A DNA stretch of 64,000 bases from Vicugna vicugna (taxonomy: Eukaryota): contig MU057847.1 in the NCBI GenBank assembly GCA_013265495.1, positions 15,875 through 79,874 of the forward strand. The letters run 5' to 3'. This document shows, piece by piece, positions 37,430 to 51,439 of this stretch. Both the position numbers and the translations under genes were made by a program. Numbering within the stretch: position 1 is the stretch's first letter; every line of letters starts with the position of its first letter. Under the pieces are notes generated by a model, which was given only the letters and a program-made list of their open reading frames with translations, had not been told where the DNA came from and did not search any database.

Positions 37430-38220
37430 GCTTGTGAAAAATATTTACATTTGCAACTAATGTGACAAAGAGTTAGTATCTTTTAAGAGCTCATTTTAAT
37501 TGACAAGAAAATCCATGAGAGTCTAGTCAATAAATGGGCAAAAATAGAAATAGGGAGTTCACAGAAGGGATAGGAATGGCGAATAAGCATATGAAAAATG
37601 TTCAATCTCAATTGCAATGAAAAATGCAGATAACGCTGTCACCTACTACTTTCCAACAGAAAGGATAACAGAAAAAAAGGATGATATACAATGCTGGCAA
37701 GAGAGCGGTGAGACTCTTATACACTGTTAGGGAAAGTAGAAACTGGTATAACCTTTTGTTATCCATAAAAATATTTTCTACCCATTGATCCCACTCCTAG
37801 AAATTTGCCCTTTGGGCCAGTAATTCCACCACTAAGAATCTATCCCAAAGAAACACTTAGAAATGCAAATGAAGATTTCATTACTAACATGCTCATCAGA
37901 GAATCATTTGTAATATGGAAAAAACTGGAAACAACCTAAATATTCAAATTGAAGAACTAGCTAATTAATCCACTCGAATTGTGACAAAAGCATAAAATAG
38001 TGTACAATGCAGCCATCCAAATATTATCACGATACAGGAAAGTGCTTGCGTTTTAATCTTAAGAGAGAAAAACAGGATACACAACTATAAACAGCATGAA
38101 CTCAACTATGTAAAAAAAAAATGCATGAAAGGAAGCCTGGAAGGAAACATACTAAAACGTAAACTGCTGTGATTGTTAGTTTCTTCTTTATACTATTCTA
38201 TGTTTTCCAGAGTGAGCACA
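37430..38220 (+). mobile_element. Old L1 (L1ME/MC-like) ORF2-end/3'UTR fragment
   Basis: aataaatgggcaaaa...catatgaaaaatgttcaatctca...cagtaattccaccactaagaatctatcccaaagaa...aactggaaacaacctaaat. Confidence 0.7.
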
Positions 38221-39030
38221 TGTCCCTTTTAGCCTCATGGTGGGGAGAAATGGTTTATTATTTATTTTCTGAAAAAATGTAGAACGTGATATATGTTCAC
38301 TACAACCAACTTAAACAGTATGTAAGTGTATACAGTAAAAAATGAACCTCATTTATCCCTCTCCCAGCTCCCCACACAATCTTTAAGCCCAGCCCCACAC
38401 ATTAGCAATTTAGTTTATATGCCTGCAGACATATGAAACACACACACACACAGATTTTGTTTTACAAAACTAGGAAAATTTTAAAATAACAAATGATTCT
38501 TTAGGTTTTTTTTCCTAATAAAGAGAGATACAAAGTAAAAAAAAAAAAAAAAGAACAAACCATTAGCTCCCACCCAGGTAACCCCTGTTGGAAATTTTTA
38601 AAAGTCGTATTTGTTTAAGGTTATAAAATTCAAGCTATAGAAAGATACAAAAGATAAATTAAATCCCCTCTCCTCACCCCTGGTTCTCTCTCCTCCAAGG
38701 TAACCACTATTAAAAGTGGAGAAAACGTCAGACAGAGAAAGACAAATAGTGTGTGATATTGCTTCTACCTGGAATAGTAAAATAAAATAAAATAAAATAA
38801 AAAGCCCTAAACCTGAACTAAAAAAAAAAAAGCAACAGCAACAACACCAACAAAAAAACCAGAATGTGGAACGGTCATTACCAGGGGCTGGGGATGGGGG
38901 AATAAGAGAGATGTTTAAGGGTACACAATCGCAAATAGTAGATAAACAACTCCTGGAGAGCTAATATGCAGTACAGTGATTGCAGACAATAAAACCATAT
39001 TATAAAGTTGAACTTGCTATGAAACTAGAT

Positions 39031-39425
39031 TTTTTAAGGGTTTTTTTTTTTGGTTGTCAAATAACCCCTTATTAAATTAGTTTTCTTTACCATATGGTAT
39101 CACTTATATATGGAATCTAAAAAAATGACACAAATGAACTTATTTACAAAACCGAAACAGACTCACAGACAGAAAAGAAACTTATGGTTACCGGGGGGAA
39201 AGTGGTGGGAAGGGATAAATTGGGAGTTTGAGATAAGCAGATACTAACTACTACATATAAAATAGATAAATAATAAGGTCCTACTGTATAGCACAGGGAA
39301 CTATACTTAATACCTTATAATAACCTATAATGAAAAAGAATATGAAAAGGAATATATATGTATAAATGGATCACTATGCTGTACATGAGAAACTAACACA
39401 TTGTAAACTGACTATATGTCAAGGA

Positions 39426-39497
<72 letters not shown>

Positions 39498-39521
39498 GAA
39501 AGAAGGAAAGGAAAAAGAAAG

Positions 39522-39575
<54 letters not shown>

Positions 39576-39856
39576 GAAGGAAGGAAAAGAATGAAGCTGT
39601 TTCAGAGAAAAAAATTATTTTCTTTGCAGTTCTTAACTAGCAGTTCCACAGCACCCCTGTTGATGTCATCTCTGATGTCGTGAGGGTGGTGGCCATCAAC
39701 ATTGCAACCCACAGACTGGGCAGTCCCCGGGTTCTCTTAAATGTTTCCAGGGAGTTCTCTAGTTAAAGATTGGTGCCACATCTGTCCAGCAATGTTGACA
39801 ATCTCATCAAAAGTGATATTTCCACTGTGCTTAATGTTTTTCTGCTTCTTTCTGTC
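39031..39856 (-). pseudogene. RPL12: 5'-truncated RPL12 processed pseudogene, split by an L1 insertion
   Basis: Minus strand from 39856 reads [70 protein letters not shown] (RPL12 C-terminal half, premature TAA). 3'UTR end and poly(A) at ~39031-39073; TSD gcta(t/a)gaaactagat at 39016-39030 and 39857-39871. Confidence 0.93.
39091..39611 (+). mobile_element. Younger L1 3' fragment with (GAAA)n tail inserted in the RPL12 retrocopy 3'UTR
   Basis: Sense L1 3'UTR 39091-39420; (GAAA)n 39424-39590; near-TSD aaattagttttctttac (39074-39090) / aaattattttctttgc (39612-39627). Confidence 0.85.
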
Positions 39857-42719
39857 GCTAAGAAACTAGATCTTAATTGTTCCCATCACTAGAAGAAATG
39901 ATAATTCTATGAGGGAACAGAGGTGTTAGCTAACACTATGATGACAATTGTATAACAATCTGAATGTATCAGATGAGTATGTTGTACACCTTAAACTTAC
40001 ACGGAGTTATATGTCAATTATATCTCAATAAAAAGTGGGGGAAATGTTTTTATGGAGGGCTAGAGGGATTTATAATTTTCACTTATCACAGTCCAGTGTC
40101 CTTCCTGCTATACCTCTGTAGCAAAGTACACCATTAGAGTGGTAATGGATTAAAGGAAGTCCTGCTTCATACAGAAGGTAGAAAATTTGTGCCATTTAAA
40201 ACCTCAAGAAGTGATACAGCTTGAAAATTAAACTGTTTTCTGAGCAGATTTGATGTTAAATAAAGTGGGCTACTAGGTAAACACTGGGCTGTTGAGATCG
40301 TTGAGGAAGAGCATCCTACCATTCTGACTCATGTCATAATACTCAGTGGAAAGGTCTTGTCCAGAGTGGCCATGCTCAAGTTTTCTGGAAATAAGCAAGG
40401 TGCTCCTGACTAAAGAGTCCCTTCAGAACATGAGAGTTCCGTCATATATACTCTCTGGCTTCAAATCAATTTCTAAAGCCTGTGTACTTGACCTGAGGAT
40501 CACTTATTTCCCAAGATATATGTTAAATCTTTTAATGTTTCCAAATTTCTTGCCTCCTTTACATTATTTTGAAAGGTTTTAAAGAACTCAAAGAAGATAA
40601 TAGGACAATTGGCTGATTAGCATGAAAATGTGTGGGAAGGAATTTAACCTCACTAATAATCAAATAAATCAAAGGAACATAATAACAACATACCACTTTT
40701 CATCATTCAAATTATTGGAACATTCTGTTTTGACTTTTGTTGCTTGAAGCTTTTTAAGAATGGTAATACTTGGTGTTGACAAGCATACATCTAGATAAGC
40801 ACTCGGACACCATGCTGGCCAGGGTGAAGTTGCTAGGATGAAAGATTCATCTTGTTCACTAGTGTATTTCATGCCTGCCGTGTTGTAGGTGATCAATAAA
40901 TATTTGTTGAATTAAACTATATTGTTAGTGGATACAGACTTTCTAGAAAGCAGTCTTGGCAATATGCAACAAGTGCTTCACATTCTTTGTACCCTGTGGC
41001 CAAGGAATTCGACTTCTAGAAATTTTTCCTAAGGAAGTACTCAGAGATATGGAGCAGAGATTTGTATAGAAAAATCGCAAAGCCTGATACATGGTAGCAA
41101 ATAACTGGAAACAATGTAAGTATCCAAAGAGGTTCTCCATCTCACTCAGAGGAAAAACCCAAAGTCCTTACAGCAGCCTACAAGGCCCTACAGGATTTGC
41201 ACCGCCCCACCCAACCTCTACCTTTAGGACTTCTGGGCCTCATTCCCATTTCCTTCCCTGGTCACTCTCCTCTAGCCACAGTGGCCTCCTGGCTGGCCCT
41301 TGAACTATCAGGAGTATTCCAATTCCTCTGTACTTAGGATTCCTCTTGCTGGAGTCTTCTTCACTAGATACCCTCATGGATCATTTCCTCGCTGCTTTCA
41401 AGTCTCAAAAAAGCCTTCCCCGACTCTCTTCCCCTCTTCTCGAATTTATTTTTCCCCATCACATTTACTGCCTCCTAATATACAGTATCATTTACTCACA
41501 TTTTTATTTACTTCCTACGACTTGAATATAAGTTACACGAAAACAGAGATTTTATCTATTTCCTTCACTGCCATATCCCCTATACTTAAACGAGTGGGTG
41601 GCATATCTTAGGTGCTCAATAAATATTTGTGGCCTGGATTTGAATATGGAAACCCATTATGTTAAATATACATATGCAGAAAAATATGAAGGAAGTACAC
41701 ATAAAAGTTGGTAACAGTTATCTCTGGGTTGTGAGATTATGGGTAATTTTTGCTTTCTTTTTTATACAGTGAGCATAAATTACTTTTATTATTATAAAAA
41801 ACAATCCAGAGTTCAAACTTCTAAGGGATAAAAAAACAAAATTCCAGAGTTACCAACTATGTCTTAAATAATAGGATATTAGCATACCCTATTATATTAG
41901 TATATTAGTAGGATAATAGTGTATAGATTCCACACTGTCAATTTCAGAGACTAGAGTAGGTGGCGCTTGGTGCTGAGATTTTAAAGAGACCCAAAAGTGG
42001 CCTGCCCATCTACATCCACTTGACCATTCTCCCTTGAACCCCGACTTCATGCTAGGCTCTGTGGTAGATGCTGAGGGTGCCAAGTTTTTCCCCCAAGGAA
42101 GAAGCTCACTGTGTAGTAAGAGGAGACAGACAGTCAAATGGTTATAGATGATGTCATCATGGTCTACACATGGTAAGAGGGAGGTAGGCTAAGGAGAGAT
42201 GGGAGGTTTGATCCAGGAAAGTTTCATGCAGGAGGTGACATTTGAGCTGAGTCTTGAAAATGTTCACCAGATGGACAAGGAAGCGATGAGTCTTCTAGGG
42301 AAACCCGTGGTTCTCAAGATCTAGTGAGGATCAGAATAATCAAGAGAGTGGGGAGGGTACTTATTAAAATGTCTATTCCTAGGATCAACCTTCAAAGATT
42401 CTGATCCAGTAAAAGGTAAAGTCTGAGAATCTACATCTTCAGTAAGAGCTAACATTGTTTGTGCACTTACATGCCAGGCAATGTTCTAAATCCTTTGTAT
42501 GGAATAAGACTTGTACTCTTTTTTTTTTAAAGTGAAATATATTTGGTGTATAACATTGTGTAAATTTAAGGTATACAACAATGTTAATTTGATACATTTA
42601 TATATTCTAATATCTTTGCCATCGTAACAATAATTAGCACCTCTATCTTGTTACATAATTCTTTCTTTTCAGTGGTTGGATAACTCTCGGACTTTTTATA
42701 AAACACTGTGAGGCCAGTG

Positions 42720-42925
42720 GCTGCTGGGGCAGACTCTGTGGGGCCATCCCAGCCCAGAGCTCCCTGCAGGATTGACTGAGTCACTGCAGCTCATCTTCTC
42801 TCTCTGCCTCATCCCACTTCCTTGCCTTACCCTTCAGGTGCAGAACCCAAGAGCACTCCCCAATAAACCTCCTATGCACCAACCTCCATCACAGAGTCTG
42901 TTTTCCTGGGGAACCCACTTGAGAT
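42720..42925 (+). mobile_element. ERVL LTR 3' fragment (LTR16-like)
   Basis: cccaagagcactccccaataaacctcctatgcaccaacctccatcacagagtctgttttcctggggaaccc. Confidence 0.6.
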
Positions 42926-43574
42926 CCTAAACTTCCATGATCTGGCCTCAGCCTACCTTTCTCCAGCTGTATCTCTCTCTGAGTGTCTTACCCTCAACAC
43001 TCCAACTTTACTGAAGCTAGGAGTGACATGATCACCATCACAGCTAACGTGTGTGTTTGAGTGCTACAAACGACTTTACAAATATGCCTCATTTCTCTTA
43101 CAATGAGTTAGGTTCTATTATCATTCTCTTTTTGTAGATGAGGAAACTGAAACATAGAGGGGTTAAGTTATTTGCTCAAAGTCACACAGTAAGAGGCAGA
43201 GCTGGGATTTCAACCCAGAAGTCTGGCTCCAGAACCCAGGCTTTACAAGAGATCGTTTTGCTTTTTAGAAATATCATGCTGGTAGAAAAGTTGAGGAGGC
43301 ATTGGAGAGGTAGATGCTGGAGCAGGAACACCAGTGAGGATCCTAACTGCAGGCTGTGATAGTGAGGACGTACATGCAGGGATGAATAGGATCTATATTG
43401 AAGAGCTGGATGGGACAGGGTTTAGGATTCCTCCTACTTCTCTCACTCCCTCTATGTCCAATTATGACCCAAACCCTCGCTTGGATGAGTGCACAAATGC
43501 TATATCATCCACCAAGAGGAGGTATACAGGGTAAGAGCAAACTGGCAGAAAGATCTGTGTATTCAGATAAGTCT

Positions 43575-43730
43575 TAAAAGTGTGGTTCATGGACCAGCAG
43601 GTTGGCATCAGCTGGGAGCTCGTTAGAAATGCACGATCTTGGGCAGTATCCCAGACCTCCTGAATCAGAATCTCCATTTTAACAAGACCCCCCACATGAG
43701 TCACGAGCGCATTCATGTTCAAAAAGCACA
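43575..43730. mobile_element. MER5A-like hAT-Charlie MITE
   Basis: aaagtgtggttcatggaccagcag...gcatcagctgggagctcgttagaaatgca...gaatcagaatctccattttaacaagacccc. Confidence 0.75.
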
Positions 43731-44494
43731 GGCATAAGGAACATTCTGGTGGAGATAGCCAGTAATGTGTCCTTTTGGGTATTTGGGTGCCTGGGGGCTC
43801 AGGCTAGTGGTCTGGACTGGAGAGATAAAGGCAGGAGATATCAGGCCGTGAGTGGTATTTGAAATCAGGGAGAACACAGGGCAGAGGTGTTGCCAAGGCT
43901 TGTTGCACAATGTGCTAAGCCAAGGTTGAGAATGGTTGGCCCTGGTGACTAGAACTGGCCCCAGTGCATGTTTATTTGACCTTCACATTATGTTAATTTA
44001 AAAAATATTAGATGTAAATAGTTAACCAAAAGATTTTTACATAAAACCCGTATTTCTGACTTCTTTTAAAAAGTTGGATGATCTGGCCTTAGATCCCTGT
44101 GTGGCAACAGTTGGCCAGAGCTGACTGGCAGCTACCACCTTCAGAGGGCGTGCCCGAGCGAGGCCCGCTCCTCCCTACGGCAGTCTCAACACTGGCACCA
44201 AACATCGTTGTCTTTTATCATATTTGCTCTGCTTTTCGTAATAGTAAAGAGGATAGCCAAATGTTTTTTGTACCCACGACTCTATTGAAAGGGAAAAATG
44301 AAAGCTAGAGAAGAGGGTAAGAGAGTTACTGTTTCTTAAAAAAAGAGAGAGAGAGCATGTTTCTTTGTGAATTCCAGCACATGCTACGCTGTCACGTAGC
44401 CACTATTATCGCATGACCCATTCAGATTATTTGCCTGGCATCTATAGGTTGTTAGCCAGTTGTAGAGAGAAAAAGAGGGCTGAGACAGACTCTT

Positions 44495-44735
44495 TTTTAA
44501 AAAAACTTTTTATTGAAGTGTAGTTGATTTACAATGTTAGTTTCAGGTGTACAGCAAAGTGATTCAGTTATACATATTCATACATATATATATTCTTTTC
44601 AGATTCTTTTCCATTATATGTTATTACAAGAAATTGAATATAGTTCCCTATGCTGTACAGTAGGGCCTTGTTGTTCATCTATTTTATATATAGTACCGTG
44701 TGTCTGTTCATCTCCCACCCCTGATTTATCCCTAT
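44495..44735 (-). mobile_element. Short L1 3' end fragment
   Basis: ttttattgaagtgtagttgatttacaatgttagtttcaggtgtacagcaaagtgattcag. Confidence 0.85.
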
Positions 44736-47700
44736 TTTGGCGGGAAGACTGACTTTGTAGGGATAAGTAGAGGAAGAACGACCCACCAAGATGATTGAGA
44801 TTAAAAACTCTTAGTGGTAGAAAGACGACTGGGAGAGTCTGACAGAAGCAAAGTGGGTAGAGACAGTTTCCAGGGGGGAGAAGTTCACAGTGTTGAGTGC
44901 TGTAGAGAGAGCAAGAAAAATGGAGACTAAAGAGTGAACTGGACTAGGCCATTTGGAAGGCCAGAGTCCTGCGAGTGTGGGTGGTGTGACAAGGGCCCAA
45001 GCCTGGTTCCAGTGGCCTGGAGGCTGAGTGGGAGGCGAGGGTTGAGGCGATAAGCTTGAGGAGCTTGACTAAAAGGAGGGAGATGGAGGACAGAGGTGAA
45101 GTTGGATTTCTTGCTTTGATTTGTTTTTCTGAAAGCTGGAATCGACTCAGGCTGGAGTCACGTAGCTCGCAGGTGTTTAGGGGGTGAAGATACACAAGAG
45201 AGGGGATATTAATCAACCCTGTGGCAGGAAGTGAGACAGAAGAGGATGAAATCAAAAGGGATGGGGGCGGGGAAGGGATCAGAGGAAGGGATTGTACATC
45301 ATCCTTTAAGAGGAGGGGGAGAGGTGTAGGGACCTCAAGGTTAGGGAAACTCACACCTGACAGCTGTAGTGTTTTCCATAAAGTAGGGGGCAAGGTCAAC
45401 TGCTGGGGGAGTAGCGTGGGGAGTGGGAGGGGAAGAGCAGGGACTTGAGTGTTAGCCAAGGTTAATATTTTCACCATTCCCTCCATGGGGGCTTTTAGAA
45501 ACAGGAAGAAACAGGAGAAATGCTGGCATTATGTTGCCTAGGAAACTCAGTGGTTTGCTAAAGCAACAGTGGGTTGTTTTTAATCCCGTTAACCCATTCA
45601 CATCCATTGTTACCTAAAAGAGAACTGGTAAGGAGAGGATTCTGATTCCCAGAGCACACAGGGGGCACCTTCTATAGCTAAGGGGACAGATGGGGGCAGA
45701 AGTAGCCCTGGGATAAGAGACTTTAATAAAATGGGAGGAATTGGCAAATAAGTGGCAGGCAGGAAGGTGTCAAAGACACATTTCCCTTATTTCCTTGTGC
45801 TTGTGTATCCACCCCTCCACCCCCCACGCACACACTCCACACCTCTGCATATGTGTAGGTGTGGTCCCACTATCCTACCAGCCAAAAATATCTAGGGTTA
45901 AAATGTAAGAATTATTCCTTCTTAGGTTTTTTTTTTTTCCTTTGTGGCAGCATAATCAAACTGTCACCTGTTTTCTCTGCTGTGGCTTCTACACTAAATA
46001 AAATTGATTTCTCTCTCCCTTACTCAATCTTGTCACAAAGGGTGGCCAAGTCTTGTGACATGGAGGTCTGGACTTTACTTGCCCCAGGAGGAGAGTAAAG
46101 AGGCATTTGATTTCAAAAAGTCTACGTGATGGAGAGCTTGGAGCTGGATTGTCTGAGAGTAGAGGGCTCTGAAGGAGGGAGGTGTGGACTCTGGGCCAGC
46201 CCGGGAGAGGGCTGGATCCCCGCAGCCTGGGCGCACACCGAGGAAGGAGGCAGAGTCCTAGAGTATCTGAGCTCTAGGCCCTGGGCACCCTTACTCCCCA
46301 GAAGCCCAGAGCAGGTGGGGTATAAATTTTACTGACTGAGCCTTTTCCTCTAGGCTCAGTTGTCTTCCCCAGGCTGTTGCTGCTTCCTCCTTCTTGGCAG
46401 CTTTAACATCCACACAGATGGCCCCTCCCGCACCTTGGCCTTCCACTTCCTTGACTGTCCTCAACCTCAATCATCTTTCCCTCTACCCTACATCAGCCAG
46501 CCTCTCTTGATCACGCACTAGATGTTTCCAAAACCCAGCCCTGGTTAAAACCAATCATCCCCTTATTTCCTAACTGTGTCTAAGCAACTGGGCATCGTAG
46601 CAGGCAGCACAGTACTCTAGTGGCTGGTCTGACTTGAAAAAAATTTTTTTGAAAGATAAGAATTAAAACTGTTTTCATTCATGGATGACATGATCTTTTG
46701 TATAGGAAATCCAATGGATTCTACAAATAAGCTGTTAGAATGAATGGGTGAGTTTCACAAGGTGGAAGGATACAAGATTGACACATAAATATCAATTTTA
46801 TTTCTATATAATAGCAACACCCAATTAAAAAAATGACATAAAAAAGATATCATTTACAATAGCAGTAAAATATGAAATATGATGATTCCATCAATGTAAA
46901 TGTCCAGAAAATGCAATCTGGTCTATAATGGCAGACAGCAGATAGGCAGCTCCCTGGGAAGAGGGGATGGGGAGGGGCCCACTTTAAATTTTGGACCGTA
47001 ATTCACAAGTGGATAATGTGGTCTAAGAGTCATGCTCCACAGCCATGGCCCAACCTCTCTCCCACTCTCATTCCCCGGGAGCACGCCATCACACCATCTC
47101 CACTCTTCCACCCTCCAATATCCCCTCACTATTCTCATTCTCCACTGATGACGTTGCCTTTGAGTTCATTAAGAACATAGAAGCAACGGAAACGCCCTCA
47201 TCTTCCCAAGGCCAAACCCACCACCCTCCTCTCTGTATCTACAGTTTCTGTTTTTCTTCTTAGTACAGTGCAGAAAGTGTCCTTCCTTCTAGCAAGGAAC
47301 TTCCCCTGGGAGTCTGAATCCATTCGCCTCACATCTTCTCAAGACCTTGGCTCCCACAGTTATCCACACCGCCCCACGGCATATCAAGATCATTCTCTCT
47401 ACAGAATCATGCCTATGTGCAAATAAACGTGCTTTGCTGTTTCTTCTCTCATAAAACCCTCTCCCTTGACCCCAGATCTTCCTTCTAGCTACTGCCCCAT
47501 TCATATGCCCCCTAGATCTCCAAACTTTTCACAAGGGTTGTCTGTTCGCACACACTACATCCACCCTTGCCTCCCATTCTCTCCTCCACCCACTCCTTTG
47601 GGCTTTTGCCCCCACCACTCCTTCAAAGCCATTCTTGCCTATGCTCTCAGTGCCAGGGGCATTTCTGTAACCTCGGCTTAGTCTCTCAACAGCATTTTGG

Positions 47701-48967
47701 CAGAACTGATCACTGCCTCTCGAGATACTTTACTTACTTGGTTTCTGGGATATGCAGTTTGATGGTTTTCTCCTTTCTCCCTGGCTACTCCTTTTTAGCC
47801 TTCTTTATCATTTCCACTTCTTTTACCAATTTTTTAAAGGTTAGAGTGCCCCAGGTATGTCCGGGGTCAGCATGCATTCTCACTGTCTCCCTAGGTGATT
47901 TCACCCCTCATCCAGTCCTACGACTTAAAATGTGATTCATAGACTTATGACTCACATATTTAAACTATTTACTCTGGTCTTCTCCTAGACTCCAGACTCT
48001 TCTCTACAATTGGGCATACCTGATGTCAGTAGGCATCAGGATCTTGATGTGTCCCAAGCAGATCTTTCTATTTCATCCTTGCATTAGTCAGTGTTCAGTG
48101 GTAAGAAACAAAAACTGTTCAGTTATTTTGAAAAAGGGATTTAACAGGGGAATTAAGTGCTTATGGAATCACTACAAGTGTTGCAGGAACAGGGCGGCAG
48201 GAGTGACTTCCAAGACAGACAGTTAAATGAGCCCACCAGAGGGTGCCGTGACCTCTGCCCCCGTCAGGGAAGTGGGCAATGAGGAAGCCCCTACCAGGAC
48301 TACTGACCTCAAGAATGCAGCACCATAGCTGCAACCCAGGGAAGCTGAGCCATTACCGCTGCCGCTGGAAACTGCTTCCCCAAATCCAGGAGACTTGCTG
48401 AGATACTGGAACACTGAGTTGTGTCGCCACCATTACTGCAACTGTCTCTTGACCACCATTTCTCTCTCTCTCTCTCCCCTCAAACACACACACACACACA
48501 AACACCAGCTAATACTTTGTGTGTTCAAGGTACTATTCTATGTTCTGTTGCTATATTATCTCCATTTTATAGATGAGTAAACAGAGGTTAAGTTGCCAAT
48601 GATTGTACAGCTAGTGCATTGGATCTGCCGTTACCCGCCCTGCTTTTTATCTCCTAACAATCCTTTGTAAGAGGTTTCTGTGTAACTAAAATTCCTCACA
48701 AACATAATTTTAATGACTGCATAAGATACCATCATATGTATTAACCATAATTTATTTGCTCATTCCTCTGTTTGCATATTTAGGCTTATTTCCAATTTTT
48801 CTTTATGAACGATAATTTTGCGATAAGCACTATGTATACAAATTATTTTGCCTATCTCTGATCACTTCCTTAGGATAAACTCCTTAAAATTCAACTCCTG
48901 GGGCAAAGGCTATAATGATTTCTAAAAATAGAATGACTGGGTCAGCGGTTTGAGAATTTTTTTTTTT

Positions 48968-49074
48968 NNNNNNNNNNNNNNNNNNNNNNNNNNNNNNNNN
49001 NNNNNNNNNNNNNNNNNNNNNNNNNNNNNNNNNNNNNNNNNNNNNNNNNNNNNNNNNNNNNNNNNNNNNNNNNN
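48968..49074. other. Assembly gap (107 N) inside a TSD-flanked minus-strand L1-type insertion
   Basis: Poly(T) on the left; poly(C)+ggtaaccacaagtctgtattc on the right; TSD cggtttgagaat at 48946-48957 and 49108-49119. Confidence 0.85.
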
Positions 49075-49136
49075 CCCCCCCCCCCCGGTAACCACAAGTC
49101 TGTATTCCGGTTTGAGAATATTTTTAATGCAGTTGT

Positions 49137-49608
49137 TGTCACGGTTGATTTTATGAGCCAGCTTGACTGGGCCAAGGGGTGCCCTGATTAAACATTATTT
49201 CTGGGTGTGTCTGGGAGCGCGTTTCTGGATGAGATTAACAATTGAATAGGTGGACTCAGTGAAGCCGACTACCCTCCCAGTGGGGGTGGGCATCATCCAA
49301 TCCACTGAGGGTCTGAATAGACCACAAAGCAGAGGAAGGAAGTATTCGCTGCCCCCACTTCCTGTCTGCCTGCTTGAGCTGGGACATTGGGCTTCTGCCC
49401 GTGGATTAGGACTTACACCGTCAGTGCTCCTGGTTCCCGGGCCTTTGGACTTGGACTGGAATTACACCACCGGCACTCCTGGGTCTCCAGCTTGCAGACA
49501 GCAAATTGTAGGGCTTCTCAGCCTAAATAATTGCGTGAGCCAATTCCTGTAATAAATCCTTTGTATACGCATCTCCTATTGGCTCTCCGGAGACCCCTGA
49601 CTAACACA
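49137..49608 (+). mobile_element. ERVL solo LTR (MLT2-like)
   Basis: TG...CA ends; tgtcacggttgattttatgagccagcttgactgggcca...gggcatcatccaatccactgaggg...gtctccagcttgcagacagc...ccctgactaacaca. Confidence 0.88.
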
Positions 49609-51439
49609 CTTGGGGGTACTAACGCATGTGCCTACTGGCAATAAGTAAAAGGACTTGTTCCCCTGTGCCCTCCTCACCTCAGCTAAGCATGATTGTCTTC
49701 TCAAGTTTTTGCTCTAAGTATGCAGTATTTCCATACTTCTACTGAAAAAGCATCCTTTTTTCCCCTAAAATTCAAATTTAACAAGGGTTCCTGTATTTTA
49801 TCTGGCAGCCCTCCCTGAGGTGGCTCTCCAAATCCTCTCTTCTGAGGTAACCCCTCATTGTGAATCTGGAAGGCAAGGCCTTACCTCCCACCAGGGAAAT
49901 GGGGGCAGGGGAGGAAGCTTGTGTCGCCTCCTCACATGCCTGGGGCAGTTAGGATGCCGGCAGAGGACCCAGGATTCCCTGGATAATAGAGATTTATACA
50001 AAAAGTGGAAATTTTTAATTCATTTAGAGAAATTGCCTCTAGCAGAGGCCCCAGCAGCCGACATGGGATGAGTGGCGTCCAAGGGCAGCAGTGACTTGTG
50101 GTGATGGTACCTGGAAGTGGTGGAGGGCGCTGTTGCCCAGAGCGGCACACCAACCAGGCAGGTCCCATCGTGTGACCTTAACTGGAGTCCCCACGGCTCA
50201 GCCTCCCTTGCTTCCTGCCTATTTCCCTTGCCTGTTCATCTGCCTCCCTGTTGATTCAGTGAAATGCCCGATAATTGGCTTAATTCAGTCAGTTCCTGCC
50301 ATTTGCAGTCAAGAACTCTGCTATAAATACAAGCTCAGATAGACTAGAGAAAAATTGAAATCAAGATATTTCCAAAAAATTTTTGTGTTCCTTAAAGTGG
50401 GTCTTTTTTTTCCTTTTTAGATAGTCTCCCAAGCAAATGACTGTTGCTTGAAAGACAGGTGTGGAATTTCCCCAAACAAGCACTAGATGGTGCTATGAGG
50501 TAATATTCTTAATTGTGGCACCCGCCCAAATAACTAGGTTTAAGACAGTAACTCCACTACCAAGGGCACTGCCAACAAGAACAGCTAAACGTTAACTGAG
50601 TGCCTAATATGTGCCAGAAACTGTGCTGGGTGTTTTCTAGAATGAACGCATTCATTACAACCAATAAAGCAGGTAGGTTCATTACTCTCCATTTGCAGAA
50701 GAGGAAACCAAGGCATGTCCAGGTGAAGTAACTTGTCCAAGATCAGCAAATTAATTAGTGCTAAAGATAAGATTTGAAGTTAAGAAATCTTCCCCAGAGC
50801 CTGTAAGTCTTATCCCATGTGCTCTCGTACCTCTCATAACTAAGCTAGAGCTGTCATTTACTGATTGCTACTCCGAGTCAGACTCGGAGCCAGGCATTTT
50901 GCATAATGAGGTTGTTATTGCCATTTTACAGATGAGGGAGCTGAGGTTCAGAGAGGCTAAGTAACTGGTTCATGTTCCACAGACAGAGACAAATCCAAGA
51001 GCTTTTATAAATGGAATTCCATAATGTTAATAATAAAATTAAAGTGAATTAAATTAAAAATAGTTTGTCTCTTGAGAGAGTAATTCCATTTTGGAGAGAG
51101 GGAAAAATAGGCTTTGAAAGTGGTTGGCATGGCAAATTATTCCCTTTTATTTCAGCTCTGCAGGCCATTATGGCCAAAATAGTCTTCCCTCTTTAGGGCT
51201 CTCTCTCTAGGAGTAAAGAAAGTATGAAAGCTAAAGGTTCAATTGGAGCCCAGCTCATTTGGGCTCTTGCTTTGTTCATTATGAGAATGCTGTCTAATGA
51301 TCCAAGGGGGTGATTTAGGCAGCCCCCAAATTGTATAATTTAGGTGGGGCTCTGGGAAGGAACCAGCCCTCCTGATAAAATATAATATTTATCTAGAAAA
51401 AAAAACTAATGTAAATAGCTTAAAAAAGTTCAAGTAAGA

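Larger units (their letters stand above)
38725..40032 (+). mobile_element. Older L1 3'UTR fragment interrupted by the RPL12 retrocopy (host pieces ~38725-39030 and 39857-40032)
   Basis: gtcagacagagaaagacaaatag... continues after the insert as ...gatcttaattgttcccatcac...tatgtcaattatatctcaataaaaa. Confidence 0.75.

Noticed and set aside
39366..39683. KERK-repeat ORFs resembling coiled coils
   Set aside because: Translation of the (GAAA)n microsatellite.
44944..45486. 180-aa minus ORF
   Set aside because: Leu/Pro/Ser-rich translation of a degraded L2-like repeat.
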